Positions 1 through 13,660 of a stretch of 64,000 nt of DNA are shown here, piece after piece. The translations under genes were made by a program, and so were the position numbers. The number at the start of each line of letters is the position of its first letter. Positions within the stretch are counted from its first letter, which is position 1. Source of the DNA: Hydrolagus colliei. Taxonomy: Eukaryota. The DNA is taken from positions 16,554,001-16,618,000 of the forward strand of contig CM068750.1 in assembly GCA_035084275.1 (NCBI GenBank), in the 5' to 3' direction. Under the pieces are notes generated by a model that saw only the letters and a program-made list of their open reading frames with translations, made no database searches and was not told the DNA's origin.

Positions 1-753
1 CATATCATTTTGTTGTTGTTGATCTCCTTACCTGTACACACCCGAGTGCTGTTTTTAACCCATAGTCACTTCTGCAGGATAGCTGCACTATTATGAAACA
101 ATTATTATCGGGTCAAATCACTGATGAGTCAGTTGCTAAAGCCTTTGCCCCACATGGAACTAAGCCACACAGATCGCAGCAGAACTCCTTGTGTTCGGTC
201 CCAGGTCCGAGCTGAGTCAACTTCAAAGAGCTCGGAGCTAGGGCGGGAAAATAGAACTAGTCAACTGTTTTCAGAGCTGTAAATTGTGAGTGTCTGCAGT
301 TGGGTGAGGGCAAGTGTATTTATTGACTGTATTTTGTCAGCGAATATGGCAGCCAATTTGTGCATGCCAATCCTCTGTGATTTCCCATTGAAGTGAGTGA
401 CCAGTTTCAATCCTAATTTGACCCGTGATCAGATTCTGCGGACATGACACTGTTTGTGGCTATGTTTGTGACTGTTACCTCCTTCCACTGCTCCATTCAA
501 AAGCTGGGTTTATTGCCAAAATGTTTGCAGTACAGTATTCCTTTTTTTAAAAAAAAATACAAAATAAAAATACTAATAATAATCCTTGCGTTTAATAAAG
601 AGCCTTGTTACAAGGCTGCAAAGTGTGTAGCGGGATTTTACTTTGAGGTGTAGTGACTGCATTTGTCGTTGAACAACATAGAGTATTATCAGGAATTTAT
701 GTGACCTATGGTTTTAGTTTGGTGAAAAGAGGTTAAATCCTGGAGTGGAGCGT

Positions 754-1049
754 GTGGAGTCTTGGAGCTCAGTGGTTAGAGCACTCGCCTTACAAGTGAG
801 AGACGTGGGTTCGATTCCAGGCAAACCTTGGGCAAGTTTCCTTGCTCCACACTCCTGATAATAACCCCTCAAAAAAAGATACATGAGTTGGTCACTTCAA
901 TCCACGATTGTTTGTGCGACACTGCTGTGCGTGACTACCTGCCGCGTTTCGCCCACAAATATAGTCAATTCACTTTACAGTATACTCTGTGAAGCGCTTT
1001 GAGATGTCTTGCTAGCTATATCAAGTGCAAGGATTATTATTATTATTAT
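754..1049 (+). mobile_element. tRNA-derived SINE, short form
   Basis: A box AGCTCAGTGG, B box GGTTCGATTCC, shared body, tail GTGAAGCGCTTTGAGA...CAAGG(ATT)n. Homologous copies at 13661, 29509, 37707 and 41678. Confidence 0.9.
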
Positions 1050-1510
1050 CATAAAACTCAAATGAGATTGAGGAGGAGCCAGTCACCATCTCCTGTGTGG
1101 ACTGTGTCTTGTGGCCACCATGTGCACTCCACAACATCACAAGCCCAAGTGAGGCCACTTCCGGAGTGGAGAGAAGCCTCCAGCTGGACCTCATCACTGG
1201 ATGGATGAGACATTTCTTCCGCCCCTACAGAAAGGAGTCCCTTCACACATCAGTCACTCTTTTGTGTGTGTGTGTTGTGGGGTTGGGTTAACCTGAATGT
1301 GGGGCTGAGGGAGTGACCAAAACATTTTATAATACAGTGTATTTGATATAATAAAAGGACCCACAGTCATTGCAGTTTGTGAAGAGGCTAGTCCAAGGTG
1401 GAAGGAGCCAGAGGCAGTGATTGGGGTTGGAGTTTGGACCAGCTGCTCTCAATGTGGGCGGATTGTACCCACAGTCAGACTTGGCTCCTCACTCAGCAAC
1501 AAGCAGGGCA

Positions 1511-1576
1511 ATGAAGCTCTCTGTGTTATCCTGGCTCGTCCTGCAATTACTGCTGTTAATTCTAGCCTCTTGTTCT
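1511..1576 (+). CDS. PAPLN: Papilin coding exon 1 (signal peptide MKLSVLSWLVLQLLLLILASCS)
   Basis: ATG at 1511 (GCAATGA), hydrophobic 22-aa leader, GTGAGT donor at 1577, phase 0 matches the next exon. A possible upstream acceptor AG at 1495-1496 suggests a 5'UTR exon elsewhere. Confidence 0.85.
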
Positions 1577-1791
1577 GTGAGTAAAAAGCAAAAAAACAAC
1601 AACACATTATTCACCCTTTTTGTTAAACAAAAGTGTGTGTGTGTGTGTGCGCCCGCGTTGTGCAAAGTTTGAGTTGGTTCATAAGTATAAATCCTTTTTG
1701 CCTTGAGGAGCGTTTCAAGCAATAGGTTTGGAGGCATTTTTGTAATTTAAAAAATCGGTCTTTACGAAAAGTATTGTTTTACACTATATTA

Positions 1792-1810
1792 ACACACACA
1801 CACACACACA
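1792..1810. repeat. (CA)n microsatellite; a (TG)n run also lies at about 1634-1649
   Basis: Read directly. Confidence 0.85.
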
Positions 1811-2344
1811 CTCTCGAGTATTGCATTATATGCAGCGTGACAGAAAACTCGTGAATAACTACCCTATTATCTTACCTGTTATTTTATATATCATTTCTTT
1901 AAGACTTATTAGACATTGTTATGGTATCAAGACTTTCTGTCATGACTTGTTCTCCTCTCAATTGTACTTTAGTGACACAAATCTGCTGTCTCAGCTAACA
2001 GTGAACAGTGCAAAATGTTAATGCAAGGATTATTTTTATTTATTAGTAGTATTAAGGCATTAAACCTGTATCTGGTGTGAGGTGAGTTTGCGTTTACTGT
2101 TTAGTAACTAGTCGAAAACAATTTTTTCACCAAAAAAGATTATTGTCAATTTTAAAATTGCAACAGTCCAGAGTATTCAGTCAGGGTTTCGCTTTTGCAT
2201 CCTATTGCTCCTTCACGCTATTGTGTGATGTTCTGTCTTGGTGCTGGTGGTGGTTGTATTTGGGCAAGTTACCCCGTAACGATGGTGAGACTCACACTCA
2301 ATCAGCAAGTCTACAACTGCGGAGTGGAACCTCACCCCCTGAGA

Positions 2345-2565
2345 GTCCCAGAGTTTCGGGGTGAGGGTGTCTGAAAGCGCGGCCGCCAAGACAGAGAGGG
2401 TCCAATGGACAAGCAGGAGGCCGGAGCTGGTCAAGCGGAGGCAGCGGGTAGTGAGTTGGATAGTGAGCAGGTTGGAGAGGCAGGGTGGTGGGGGGCGCAA
2501 GGGCATGGAGAGATTTGTAGACGTAGAAATGTCGATTGTTAATTTGCGTGCTCACGGATAAACTC
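2345..2565 (-). mobile_element. L2-clade LINE ORF2 C-terminal fragment
   Basis: YKSLHALAPP, LSNLL...RLTSSGLL and GGRAF motifs spread across frames. Confidence 0.75.
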
Positions 2566-5500
2566 TGAATCCTACGAATGTGCACAGATACATTTTGAAG
2601 AACTGAGCTTTGAGCAAACTGCAAGGGAGCGAGGCCAGAGTGACATCAAGTAACTGTGTTTTCTCTGCAGTGCATGTGAATGGCACCGCCCATGCCATCT
2701 ATACTGTCTAAACCCTTTCCTTCCCCCGCCCCCATTGTTAATTGTTGCCAAGATCACAGCAACGCCTCAGCAAAAGTTAGCATTAGAGCACTGTTTAAGG
2801 TGCTCCGATCCCTGAGGCCAGCGTGTTGTGCATCTGTCTGGCTAACCGCCAGGGGAAACTTCCCACCGCACCTATTGAGGAGGAGACTAGACATCTGAGT
2901 GACGTCTTCAAATGGAAGCCAAGGACTTTGCCTCTCAACTGTGGCAATGGACAGTTAGGGTTCAAGCAGATTACTCACTACTTGGTTGAGTTTGGGTGCC
3001 TTCAAGGTCTTTTTTAATAAAAGTGTAAAAGATCCCCCAAGCGCTGTGTGTGTATATGTGTGCGTGCACAAATTCCATTCTCCAGTAAGGCATCAAATGT
3101 GAAATGGGCTGTAAAAGTTGAAGTTCTATTTTTAACAATCCAAAAAGTACACTAATTGATCATCAGAAAAAACACCTTGAACTTTTAAAGCTGGAAAAGT
3201 AAACAGCAGAATAAATGAAGTTCCCGTTTGTTTATCAGACAAAGTGTTTAATGTATTATGGCTCCCATTTGATTAAGATTTTTTTTTACAATTTTCAATA
3301 CTGAATAGATTCTTACAAAATGTTGATCAGACTGTTAGTAATGCAATCATTCTTTGCTAGAACATGTGCGTGATCGATTGAGATTAATCTTTCATGTTCG
3401 TTGTCATGTACTGTATAAATTGTCAAACTCGATGTGCACTGATTGTTGTTACATTCACAAACAGAGTTAGTACTTGAGATACTTTTTGCATTTTTATTAA
3501 CATGCTGAACTGTGTGTGCTTTTTGACTCATCATTCCCTTGATTGCACCACCCAGATCGTTTAACATGCCTTTGAAACTGAAAATATTTTGCTGCTATTT
3601 ATGGTTGATAGGATCCTGACCTTGCGGTTTTCGTAAGTTACATGATCTCTGGACTGTTTTGTCAAGGAATTCTCTTTGGCTTCTGCGGAAACATCTCGCG
3701 TTTGCCCACAATCTTTTGCTGCCGTGAGTTTATTACAATTGACCAATTTTAAAGAGAGCTTATCCGTAAACTTCATGTGAATGCAGAGTGCACACTAGGT
3801 TCATACGGCAACAAAAAAATTACATTTGTACAGCGCCTTTCACGTTGGGACGGCATTCCAAGATGCTGAACAGTCAAGAATTTGGACCCAAGCTGTGATT
3901 CAGGAAGGGTGGAGGGCAGAGCTTGTAGAGGAGGGTGACTCAGAGGAGGGTCTTGAGATGTGCTCTGTGGCTCAGTTCACATCGGAGAAACTTTGCATTT
4001 TTAATAAACTGAGCCGATTGGGGTGGGTCTGTGGTTAGAGTTGAGAGAGGTGAAAACTCCTCCAGATCCCAAACCCCAGCTCGGGTGCAAATCCTCGACA
4101 GTCCAGTGCCTTGGGACATCCTCCCAATGTGAGAGGCGCTGTACAAATGTAATTTGATGTCATTGTTATTGTTTATACGATGATAAAAAGCAAAAGGTTC
4201 TTATTACCTTTTAACAATTGCATTTGCTGGATCTTCTATAGAGTGTGATATATTTGGTGCAACGTAACCTGAAGTGTGTTTAACCCTCCCCTGTAAGGCA
4301 ATAATTTCAGCATATCTACTCGTCATCGGGGTCTTTTTAGAGATCAGTTGTATTTAACTTTTATTTCTGTTGAGTATTTGCTGTTGAAATAGAATTGTTA
4401 AAGTCTTTTGAAAGGGATAGAGACTTGAAAAAGCTGATGAATATGAAAGAGCATGTGGAGAGGAGAGGAGACTTGGTGAGTCTTGTGAAGGAAAAATACC
4501 AGCTCAGACTTGATGGGGCTAAATGCATGTCCATGCCCTATAACATTCTATGATCTATTTGCAAATATCTTAGCAAGTTAAAGGAAGAGAATAGGGGGAA
4601 AAGTTCAGCTAACCCCACGACTGTTAGGTAGAGCTAATCTGTACTGGCATTGTATTGCAATGCATTCCCATCACCACTCAATTCCAAGGAGACCTTACTA
4701 ATTTTCCCCGACCCCCTCTCCAACTTCATCCCAAGAAGGTTGCCAGGATATTAATAATCATCTGTACATTTGATCTAGTATCGTTGAAACATTATCTCAA
4801 AGCGCTTCACAGAATATGTTTTTAAGTAGATTGACTGGATATTTTGTGGGTGAAATAAGGTTACTGGAAAGAATGCAGAAATCCTGGTGATTTCCAGCAA
4901 GTCAAAGCAGTACAGTATATCCCTGATGACTCCACCACACCCTGAAGCACTCGGATGCTTAAAGTCTCTGATGTGGTGACCCGTTAGCAGTGAGGAACTT
5001 ATCAAAAGGAGGAATACAACTAAGAACTGTTCTTAAAATCCCATAATGGCATCCTGTGTTTGCTAATTACACTCTGCAGAACAAGAGCACAGTTGATTGA
5101 AAAACTGTTTTAATGTACTGTAGTTAGAGCTTTTAAAAAACAAGAGCTGAGTTAAGTAACATCAATTAGTTACACATTGTGGTAATTCAGCTCTGGAGAA
5201 TGCATTTTTTTTTTAAAAAAGCCTTACATTTAGTATATTATACTTTTTATAACAGAATTATGTCTTAACAGTAATATTCTGCAAAGAGTAATGGTTGGGT
5301 ATTTTATTGGCAAACACAGCAGCCAATTTACACACAGCAATGTCTTGTAAACAGCCATGAAGTGAATGACTGTTTGGGGAGTATTGTCCATCAATCCATC
5401 TGGACAGGCACCGAGGGCCTTGGTTTAATGGCTCATCTGAAGGACGCATTTGGTTTAATGTCTCATCTGGTACTAACTGACCCAGGTTGAAATGTTTTTC

Positions 5501-6832
5501 AAAGGAATGACGACAAGGCAGTAATTGCACCAATTTCATATCACCCTCTTTGCTCCAGACTATTTTCCCTCACTCAAGTTCTAAGATTTGTCCTGAAATA
5601 TCAAGGGATGTGCATTAGAAACTTAACTTCTGCTTACGATGCTCCATTTCCAGATACTGAGAACTCAGTGGTGATATTTATGAAGTGTACTGTTCTTTTC
5701 TCTTTCCCTTCCCCAACCCAGACTATGACCTGTGCCCCAATGTGAAAGTTGTTGTACCAAACGCGAGGATTATTATGTGAACCAAAGCTTTGTCCGTTAC
5801 TCTTAATGGCCAGTTTTGTGCTATTTTCTAATCTATTGAGTTCAGTAATGTTTGCAGTTCTGTTTTTTTTAACATAACATGCTCCGAGCAGAAAGTCAAT
5901 TTTTTGCAATTAAATTAATTTATGTCTTGTGGTATTTATCGAGCAAGTTCTTCTTGAGGAAGGAATGTGTGGGGAAGGAAGAGGAGAAAAATAAATGTTG
6001 TACATATTAAACGTTTTTAACCCTATCTAATTAGGTAGAGGATGTAGCTGTGGTGATTGCTGTAAAGTGACCCAAAGGAAGTTTGTTTAAATAACCATTT
6101 GACCTGAGGAACTTCTGCTGCAAAACCAACAGATCAAAATCATTTCAGTTCTTCTCTCAAACTTAACCGGCAAAACAGCTGAACCTTGGCTCAACTTTTC
6201 CCAAGTTGTTTGGTGCCAAGGTTATAAGGCACTTAAGATAGGGAAGTAATGTTTAATTGCAATACAGTACACTGTTCGGCATTTTGAACTCTGCAGAAAA
6301 GGTTTACAAACTTGCGTATTTTAGGAGCGAACAAAGCATTTTGGTGCGATTCCTCCTTACAGGTTGTAAGTCTTTTTTTCTCTCTCCTCTTCCTTGAGGT
6401 TGTTCAGAGCACTGAAAAACATGGAGAAATTAGCAGTATCTTGCTAACACCAAGCTGAAGACTACTTATAGTATGTTTACTGATCCAACTAATTATCCCT
6501 GTATTAGTAAGTGAGCCTTAATTAGGTAACAAACGTAAGCCAATAGTTTGAGTTGTAAAATAGACTATTGCCAACCTGCCACCTTGTAATGGAAAATGTA
6601 TAATCTTGGAGAAGCTTATGGAAGAGCTTAGCAAGAGATTTGACTATGTCCACCATCAACATTCCAAAGTAATTGTATAATTTTGGAGGGTTGGGGTAGG
6701 GAGGGAAAATGTGGAGACAGTGGGGTTTAAGTTTTGTATGATGTAATCTTTTACATCTACCTGTGTTTGATAAAGACCTTTTCACTTTGGTTTGACCGTC
6801 ACTTTCTTAGTGAATATGAGGATATGTAACTA

Positions 6833-7308
6833 GGTGTCAGCGTGGCTCAGTTGGTAGCACTTTCATCTTTTGAGTCAGAAGGTTGTGAGTTCAAGCCTCA
6901 TATTAGGATTTCAGTCTAGATTGCCTCTTATGTGCAGTGCTTGGGGCCGTGTTGCATTGTCAGAGGTGCCATCCTTCGGTTGAGATGTTAACAACAAAAG
7001 CAACATCTTGCATTTATATTGCGCCCCCCACACAGGCTAGGGTTCAAGAGAGCTTTTGTTAAACCAGTGTCTCATCTGCTATTGGAGATCTCATGGCATT
7101 ATTTGAAAAGAAAAGGGACTTTCTCCTGGTGTCCTGGCAAACAATCTCCCAGATTAAGTTGATCATTTGTTTCATCACTCTTTTGGGATCTAGGTTAGCT
7201 GCCATGTTTGCCTACTAACTAAGTCACTACACTTTACTATAAATACTCTAAAGTGCTTTGTGATATTTCCTCAATGTGGTTAGATGCTATATCAAGTGCG
7301 AAGATTGC
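6833..7308 (+). mobile_element. Older SacSINE1/DeuSINE-like element with a nested insertion
   Basis: tRNA head GTGGCTCAGTTGGTAGCAC...GAGTCAGAAGGTTGTGAGTTCAAG, central TCTCCTGGTGTCCTGG block, L2-like tail. Family name is from recognition, not a database search. Confidence 0.75.
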
Positions 7309-8074
7309 TACATCTGGAATTTACGTGCTGCAAAAATTGATTGGCTGAAAAATTGAACCATTTTATGGTATATTTGTAGGGCTCAGATCATACGCATCCA
7401 ACTGGGGGTTCTTGCAAGTAAGTTATCCATTACCTGTTTGGTACTGTGTTGATGAGTGAGTTTCTTCTTGAGAACAAGCTTCTTCTGTTCTATATCTGGT
7501 CTGATGGGCATCTACATAAATTGTACAAATCCACAGCATAAAATATATTTTTGTTGCTGCAGAGCAAACCTGTTCTATTTTTGATTTCGCAGAAATTGTT
7601 GCTGGATTTTTAAAAAATAGTTTTTAAACTCTACAAAAGAATTTTGCAAAGGGATAAATTGTTGTAAAACGAGGAAGACTTGTGAATGCGCTGTGTCAAA
7701 TTAATTTGTTGGGGAATGGAGCACTTGCCCAGTTTAAATGCATTAACCAGTACCATGTTGGGTATAAGCTCTTGGGGTCATCTATCTGGGTTAGTATTAA
7801 TATGGAGTAGATTTCCCCTCCTGCTCTAACATTAAAGTGTGATATTTGCCATCTCCCACATCAGCCAGCCATATGGTCTCATTTATAAGATTGTAGTTTA
7901 GTGCTGTGGTTCTTCTCCAAGATGATGTGGGTTGAGAGTGGTTGAAGCTTTACATTCGGGTCACCTCATAATGAGTGGTAAGTGGAGGACACTCGCAACC
8001 TACTATTTAGGGACTGGAATCGCACTCACACTAAAATTGCACTAATTGTTGCATTGTTCAGCAAGATTTTTCTG

Positions 8075-9185
8075 TATAGTAGAACCTTAATATTCAGGTC
8101 ACTCAAGTGATTGGGCAAAAGTGACCCACTTAGTGAGGTGGCCTGATTTAGCCCGCAGTGCCTTGACCGACAGCTAACCCTCAGCATCAGCCCAAATCTG
8201 TCCATGATCAAGGTCAAAGTCCTTCACTTGTTCCAATACACCCAGTGCATTAGCATAGCTGAGAGGGTCTCTGATGTTGTTGATTGCTCTTCCTGTTCTT
8301 TCTTCTGTTTGTGCTGTTCCTCAGTGTCTCTGGTAGAAACTCCTTCACTAGATGCTCCTTCAAGACCCCAGTAGAGGACACATTACTGTTTGCAACAACA
8401 GCCACAAAATTACATTTTTATAGGGCTGCATACTTCTTGGCACTGAGGAAAGGAGTGACCAACAACACTGGCCTGAGGCAACAACTGGGCAAGTGGCACA
8501 TCATCAACCAGGTCCTCCTCCAAGGGGTCATCTACATTAAAGCCAACCTTGGCAAAGCCCTTCTGCACTGTTGATGTACTGAATTATCCAAGGTGACTGC
8601 AATGAAGAACATTGATGGATTTGACTATTTGTGAAGCCTGCACACTTTTGGCCATCTCTCCAATAACTATGTGTAGAAGAAGTGTTCTTCATGCAGTCAC
8701 CTTGAATAATTCAGTACATCAACAGTGTGAACTATGTGTAGAAGACTCCTCCTGGAGTGGATCTTGACATTCTGAATGATGCCCTGGTTAACGGTTTGGA
8801 GAATGGATGTAGTGTTAACTGGAAAATACACTAACTTGACATTGTTTAGAGGAGAAAGGCTGGTGAGGGTGAGTTGGGGCATTGTCCAGAAACAGCAACA
8901 CGTGCCTGCCCTGGGCCCACAACTTTCTATTGAAGAGCTGAAGCCACTTTGTAAAAACGCCACTGGTCATCCGTGCCTTTCTTGTTGTTGTATCATGTGA
9001 TGGGAAGCTTAATCTTGATGTTCAAATTCCTAAAGGCATAGGGCTTGGCTGCCTTCCCTATCACAACTGTCCATTCAAAATCTCCCTCCATGTTGACTAT
9101 CAAAGACGTGGAGATCCGGTTTTGGATTTCTTCCCATCACCATGAACTGAAAGGTTCCTGTCAGGGCCCATTTCGCCCACTTATA
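8075..9185 (-). mobile_element. Tigger/pogo (Tc1-mariner) DNA transposon relic with disrupted DDE transposase
   Basis: Minus-strand translation across frames gives VIGKAAKPYAF, RHVLLFLDNAPTH and NVKLVYFPVNTTSILQTVNQGIIQNVK (DDE_1 motifs) with stops and frameshifts. TA plus TAGTAGAACCTT, a TIR-like end, at 8075. Confidence 0.85.
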
Positions 9186-9441
9186 GTGTATTATGTGAAG
9201 CGCTTTGCGACGTCTGGAAGACTTGAAAAGTGCTATATCAAATCCAAGGATTATTATAATTAAATAATCATTGCACTTCGCAGTAAAAGCTTTGAGACTC
9301 TTCAACTTCATAATGTGCTGCAACAAATGCAGGGATGATTTATTTTTATTATTGTTGGAATAAATTGTGTGTTTTACCAGCACAGCTCACTCTGTACATG
9401 ATGTGATTTATAAAGCACCATTTCCTGTTGATTGTGTCCAG

Positions 9442-9557
9442 GCACGAAGGAAAAAGCGGCAGAGTGACTACTGGGGACCCTGGGGAGACTGGGGAGAGTG
9501 CAGTAGGACCTGTGGCGTTGGGGTGAGCTTCCATGAACGCAGATGTTTTTCTTACAG
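9442..9557 (+). CDS. PAPLN: Papilin exon 2 ([38 protein letters not shown], first TSP1 repeat)
   Basis: CAG acceptor and GT donor; WxxWxxWxxCSxTCG thrombospondin type-1 motif; 116 nt, phase 0 to 2. Confidence 0.95.
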
Positions 9558-9595
9558 GTATGGAAAGTCATTGTGATTTTTGTATACTAAATGAG

Positions 9596-9940
9596 AAATC
9601 AAAGAATCTTACAGCGTAGATGGATGCCATTCGGCCCATTGTGGCTGTGCCGACGCTTTGGGTGAGCTAGCCAATTAGTCTCACCCCCAACTGGCCTTAT
9701 CCCATCAACTTGCGTATTTTTCGCAAATAATGTTTGCCAATTATCTTACTTTTTTCAAGTACCTATCCAATTCCCTTTTGAAAACTACTATCGAATCTGC
9801 TTCCAGCAACCTTTCAGACATGCATTCTATATCGTAGCAATTCACTGGGTTAAAAAAAAGTTTCCTCATCTTCCCTCCGGTTCTTTTGCCAATTATCTTT
9901 ATTCTGTGTCCTCTGGTTACTGACCCACCTGCCATATTTC
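9596..9940 (-). mobile_element. CR1 3' fragment
   Basis: Minus ORF SVTRGHRIKI...VEADSIVVFKRELDRYL is homologous to the end of the 27047 ORF; 3'UTR follows. Confidence 0.85.
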
Positions 9941-11887
9941 CTTATTCCTTATTTTTACTCTTATCCAAATCTTGGTTTTGCTCCTCAAATCTGAACTGTG
10001 AGGATGGCCATAGATGTAAATAGCTGAACAGAATGGCATTCGGAACAAGTTTAATGTTTCATGTGATTATGTGGAATATGCTGCGATGCTGTAATTTGTA
10101 TCAGCTGGAAGTTGAACAGTGTGTGCTGATGCCCCTTGAGGTATAGTTCTCTGTAAAGATATGATTAAACCGAACTTTGCTGCAGCAACAGTAAACGGAT
10201 GATTGTTACTTTCATGAGGTTTTTTTTTGCAGCTTGTTATAATTAGTAACTATAACAGGGAATTGTGAGTGGAACAGTCCCACACATGTTGGCAAATACT
10301 ACATACACACTGGAGGTTGGACAGGAAGTTGGTTGGATTCTGATCTCAAACCTCTTAACCTTGATCTGGGGATGCTTATGCTCTAAACATGTTGTTCACT
10401 TTGCGGGGGAGGAACGTGCATAATTTATTTCAGTAGTTTCAGCAGAACCCTTCAGGAGTTGAGTGCAATGGCTGCTGGTTGGGTGGTATCATTAGAATGG
10501 ATTGCTGGCTGGGCTGGGTGTGTGGTGGGGGTCTCGTGGCTCGATCAGCCCCAGGGAAGGGAAAATTGTATCGGGCGGATGCTGGAGGCCAACCAAGAGC
10601 AAACAGTTCTCAGATTTAGAGCTCTCGATAAATCATCAGGGGAGATGTGGGTCATACAAGCCATGTGATATTTTACTTTCAAATAAAGAGTCCGATGATG
10701 CCTGTGTCTGCTAAAGTAAAGTGCACTTGAGTTCAACCATGATTTTAATGCAATATTGATGACATATTGCAACGTTGAAAGCCCCACAAGTGGTGACAGG
10801 CTGTTTTGGGACCTTGATAGAGCAGGTCAACAGTAACAATTACCAACATTTATATAGTGGCCTTCATGCCGGACCACATCACAGAACACTTTAATGAGAT
10901 CCCGCTGTTATGAGGCTTGACCATCTCTACATGTTGGATGTTCATGGCATGTACTTCAGAGAGGCTGGTGAGGACAGGGACTGATTGTCACAATTATTTT
11001 GGCTGATTTTACGTACATAGTGTGGACATGGTGGAGCTGTCTTTCAACACTTACAAATCACTGGAGGTGAAAAACATAGCTTTCGGCACTGAGCTCTATA
11101 TACTTACTATGTGAGGAAGTTGCATTCTGAATTCTGCATTAGATCCGCTACTGACTACCTTCTATTAAATATCTCCTTGTTTTGGAAAAGCCTAGTATCT
11201 CATGAAAACCTTTTATAATGGCAAACATAATTTCATAATATCGGATTGCCTCTCAAATGTCAACACTCTTAAGAGAGAAAAGCTCTCACCTGGGCTAGTC
11301 TTTCTCACTGTACTTGTATTCCTTAAACACATCTGCAGAGGTGAAAAATCCACATCAAGCCAATTCTAAACAAGAAATGGCAAGCTTTTGTATTCTTAAT
11401 TAACTTTCTGCATAATACTCCTTTGAGTAGAACTCTGGCAGCATTCCATATCTTTTCTCAGCCAGAGAGAATGATGTGGAATGAAGGGCAAAGGGATAGA
11501 ATAATAACCAGAGCAGGCAAGATAAGCTGTACCTATAAATAAGCATTGATTTGTATGGGGGGGGGTAATACATTTTTTAAAAAAACAATTTGGGTGGGGT
11601 CCATTTTAATGTTGAACGTACAGAAGGAATGCAGTGCGCTTGGCAAATTTCCAAAGCTATTTAGATTTAGAGCCAAGTCACTGGGGTACACAGCTGGAAC
11701 AAAACACTTCTCAACCATGAGAAGTGGTCATGGCCCCCAAATAATCTATTCAATGCAATTATGTGGGTTGTCTCTTGCAGTAGTAATAGTAGTAATAATC
11801 CTTCCATTTGATATAGTGCCAACATGTCATTGAGATATCTTAAAACACTTCACAGAATATAATGTAAAGTGGATTGATTGGATATTT

Positions 11888-12190
11888 CAAATCTTGTGTT
11901 CAAATCCTTTTACTCTATGGCATCTCTCTACTTCTCCGACCTCCTCACTGCCCAATCCACCACCCAGCGCTTCAGCTTGACCAGCACCAGCTTCCTGCTT
12001 GCCTCTCTCACCCTCTGCTGCACTATTGGAAGTCACACTTTCAGCCACTGCACCCCCAAACTCTGGAACACTCTCCCTCGATCCCTCCACCTCGCCAGCC
12101 CCCACTTTTCACAAATCGCGCCTGAAAACCTAGCTCTTCAACTGTGTTTATGAAGGGCGCTATATAAGTGAGAGTTGCTGTTGCAGGTTG
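11888..12190 (+). mobile_element. L2-clade LINE 3' fragment
   Basis: LVFKSFY...YFSDLL...TIGSHTFSHCTPKLWNTLP; GGGCGCTATATAAGTG...(GTT) tail. Confidence 0.8.
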
Positions 12191-13531
12191 CAGTAGGAAA
12201 CTAGGTGGCTCAGATAATCAAATGACCTGCCTTGCTGGAGGAGATTGCCATAAAGAATGGTAATTAATCTTGTGGCGCTTCTCTCAAGACAGGGCTTGTG
12301 TGTACAATGTATTCTTTTTATGGCGGGTGACACATGCTTCTTGCGACTTGGAATTGATCCCATATCATGTATTGAGGTAGTTGGGTGTGTGAGGAAGTAA
12401 ATCGAGTAAATTTAGAAGTGTTTCTGGGTTTTGTGGAGTACAGTACAGATGGCTGGAAGATTCTTGACAATGACGCTGCCTTCTCTCTTTGTTTAGAGTC
12501 TTTCATGTTAGCTTTAATAATAATCCCTGCATTTGCCTTTCATGACACGCAGAGGCTTTGAATGTCTTTACCAAATATACTGTAAAGTGCAGTGGCTGTA
12601 TTTTGCAGGGAAATATTCACCTGAACAGACTTAGTTTAATATCTCATCCAACAGTGCAGAGCTCCCACAACTGGAATGTCATCTTAGCAAATGAGCTCAA
12701 AGTGTCCAAAGTGGGGCCTGAATCTTGAACCTTTTGACTCTGAGGTGAGACTACTGCTAACTGAGTCAAGCAAACTTATCTTAGGTTGAAATCAAAGATG
12801 CGGTCACAAGCATAAGACTTAAACTGCAAACAGACTTGCCTAAATCTCAATTGCTTATTATTAGAGAAGTCTTTCTATTTCGCAGCAGAGCTATGCAGAC
12901 CAGAATGTTCCGAGGAGAACATGTGCTTGATTGAACGAGTGGAGACAGAAGCCCTCTGAAGTGCTGAAAGGGCACAGATCCAGTAGACTTAGGCTATTTA
13001 GAAAACCGTTTGTCAGTTAATTGACGGATTGCTTTCCGGAGGTAATAATCCCTTCAAAATAAATAAATCAATCAATAAATATGTCACTCAAACCACAACT
13101 GTTTGTGGGACTCTGCTGTGGACACTTAGCTGTTGCATTTCACCCACAAAATACAGTCAATCCACTTTGCAATATACTGCATTTGAAGCACTTTGAGATG
13201 TGTCGACATGATAAGGAGCTATATCAAATGCAAGGATTATTGTTATCTGATTTGATATCTTGAAATTATTGCTCAATCCCCAAGGAATTGCTTCCTTTGG
13301 GCTGTCTTAGTGTAAACTCCTCCATGTGCTGCCTGGAAAATATCACCAAGATTTCACTAATCTACAATTAAGATCTTTGACCTGCCTGGTGACTCCGTAA
13401 CCTCAGAGATATTATTCTCTGGAAGTTGAAGGTTCTGCCCGCACTCCACAGGGAGGGAGCTTGTTAGTTGCAGAAGGAATCTGAAGGACTTCAAAAACAG
13501 AACTGTGTAAAACTATTGGAGAGTACAGTAC

Positions 13532-13651
13532 AGATAGGTTGCAGGTAAATGGACTTGCAATCTTCCCCCTGCACTCAGTTCCCGACACAGAGTTGAGTTG
13601 AGTTTCTTGAGTTGGATAATATGTTGACACTCAGTAAGAATTGTAATTTTG
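13532..13651 (+). repeat. Direct repeat, copy 1 (pairs with 15000-15114)
   Basis: Aligned by eye: 4 substitutions and one 5-nt indel over about 115 nt. Confidence 0.9.
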
Positions 13652-13660
13652 GAAACAATT

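Noticed and set aside
757-830. tRNA gene-like sequence (also at 13665, 29512, 37710, 41680 and 6835)
   Set aside because: A and B boxes are present but there is no closing acceptor stem, and each runs into the same SINE body. These are SINE heads, not tRNA genes.
1345-1358. TATA-like TATAATAAAA upstream of the PAPLN ATG
   Set aside because: Weak match in AT-rich DNA; the ATG exon may be internal, so the promoter cannot be placed.
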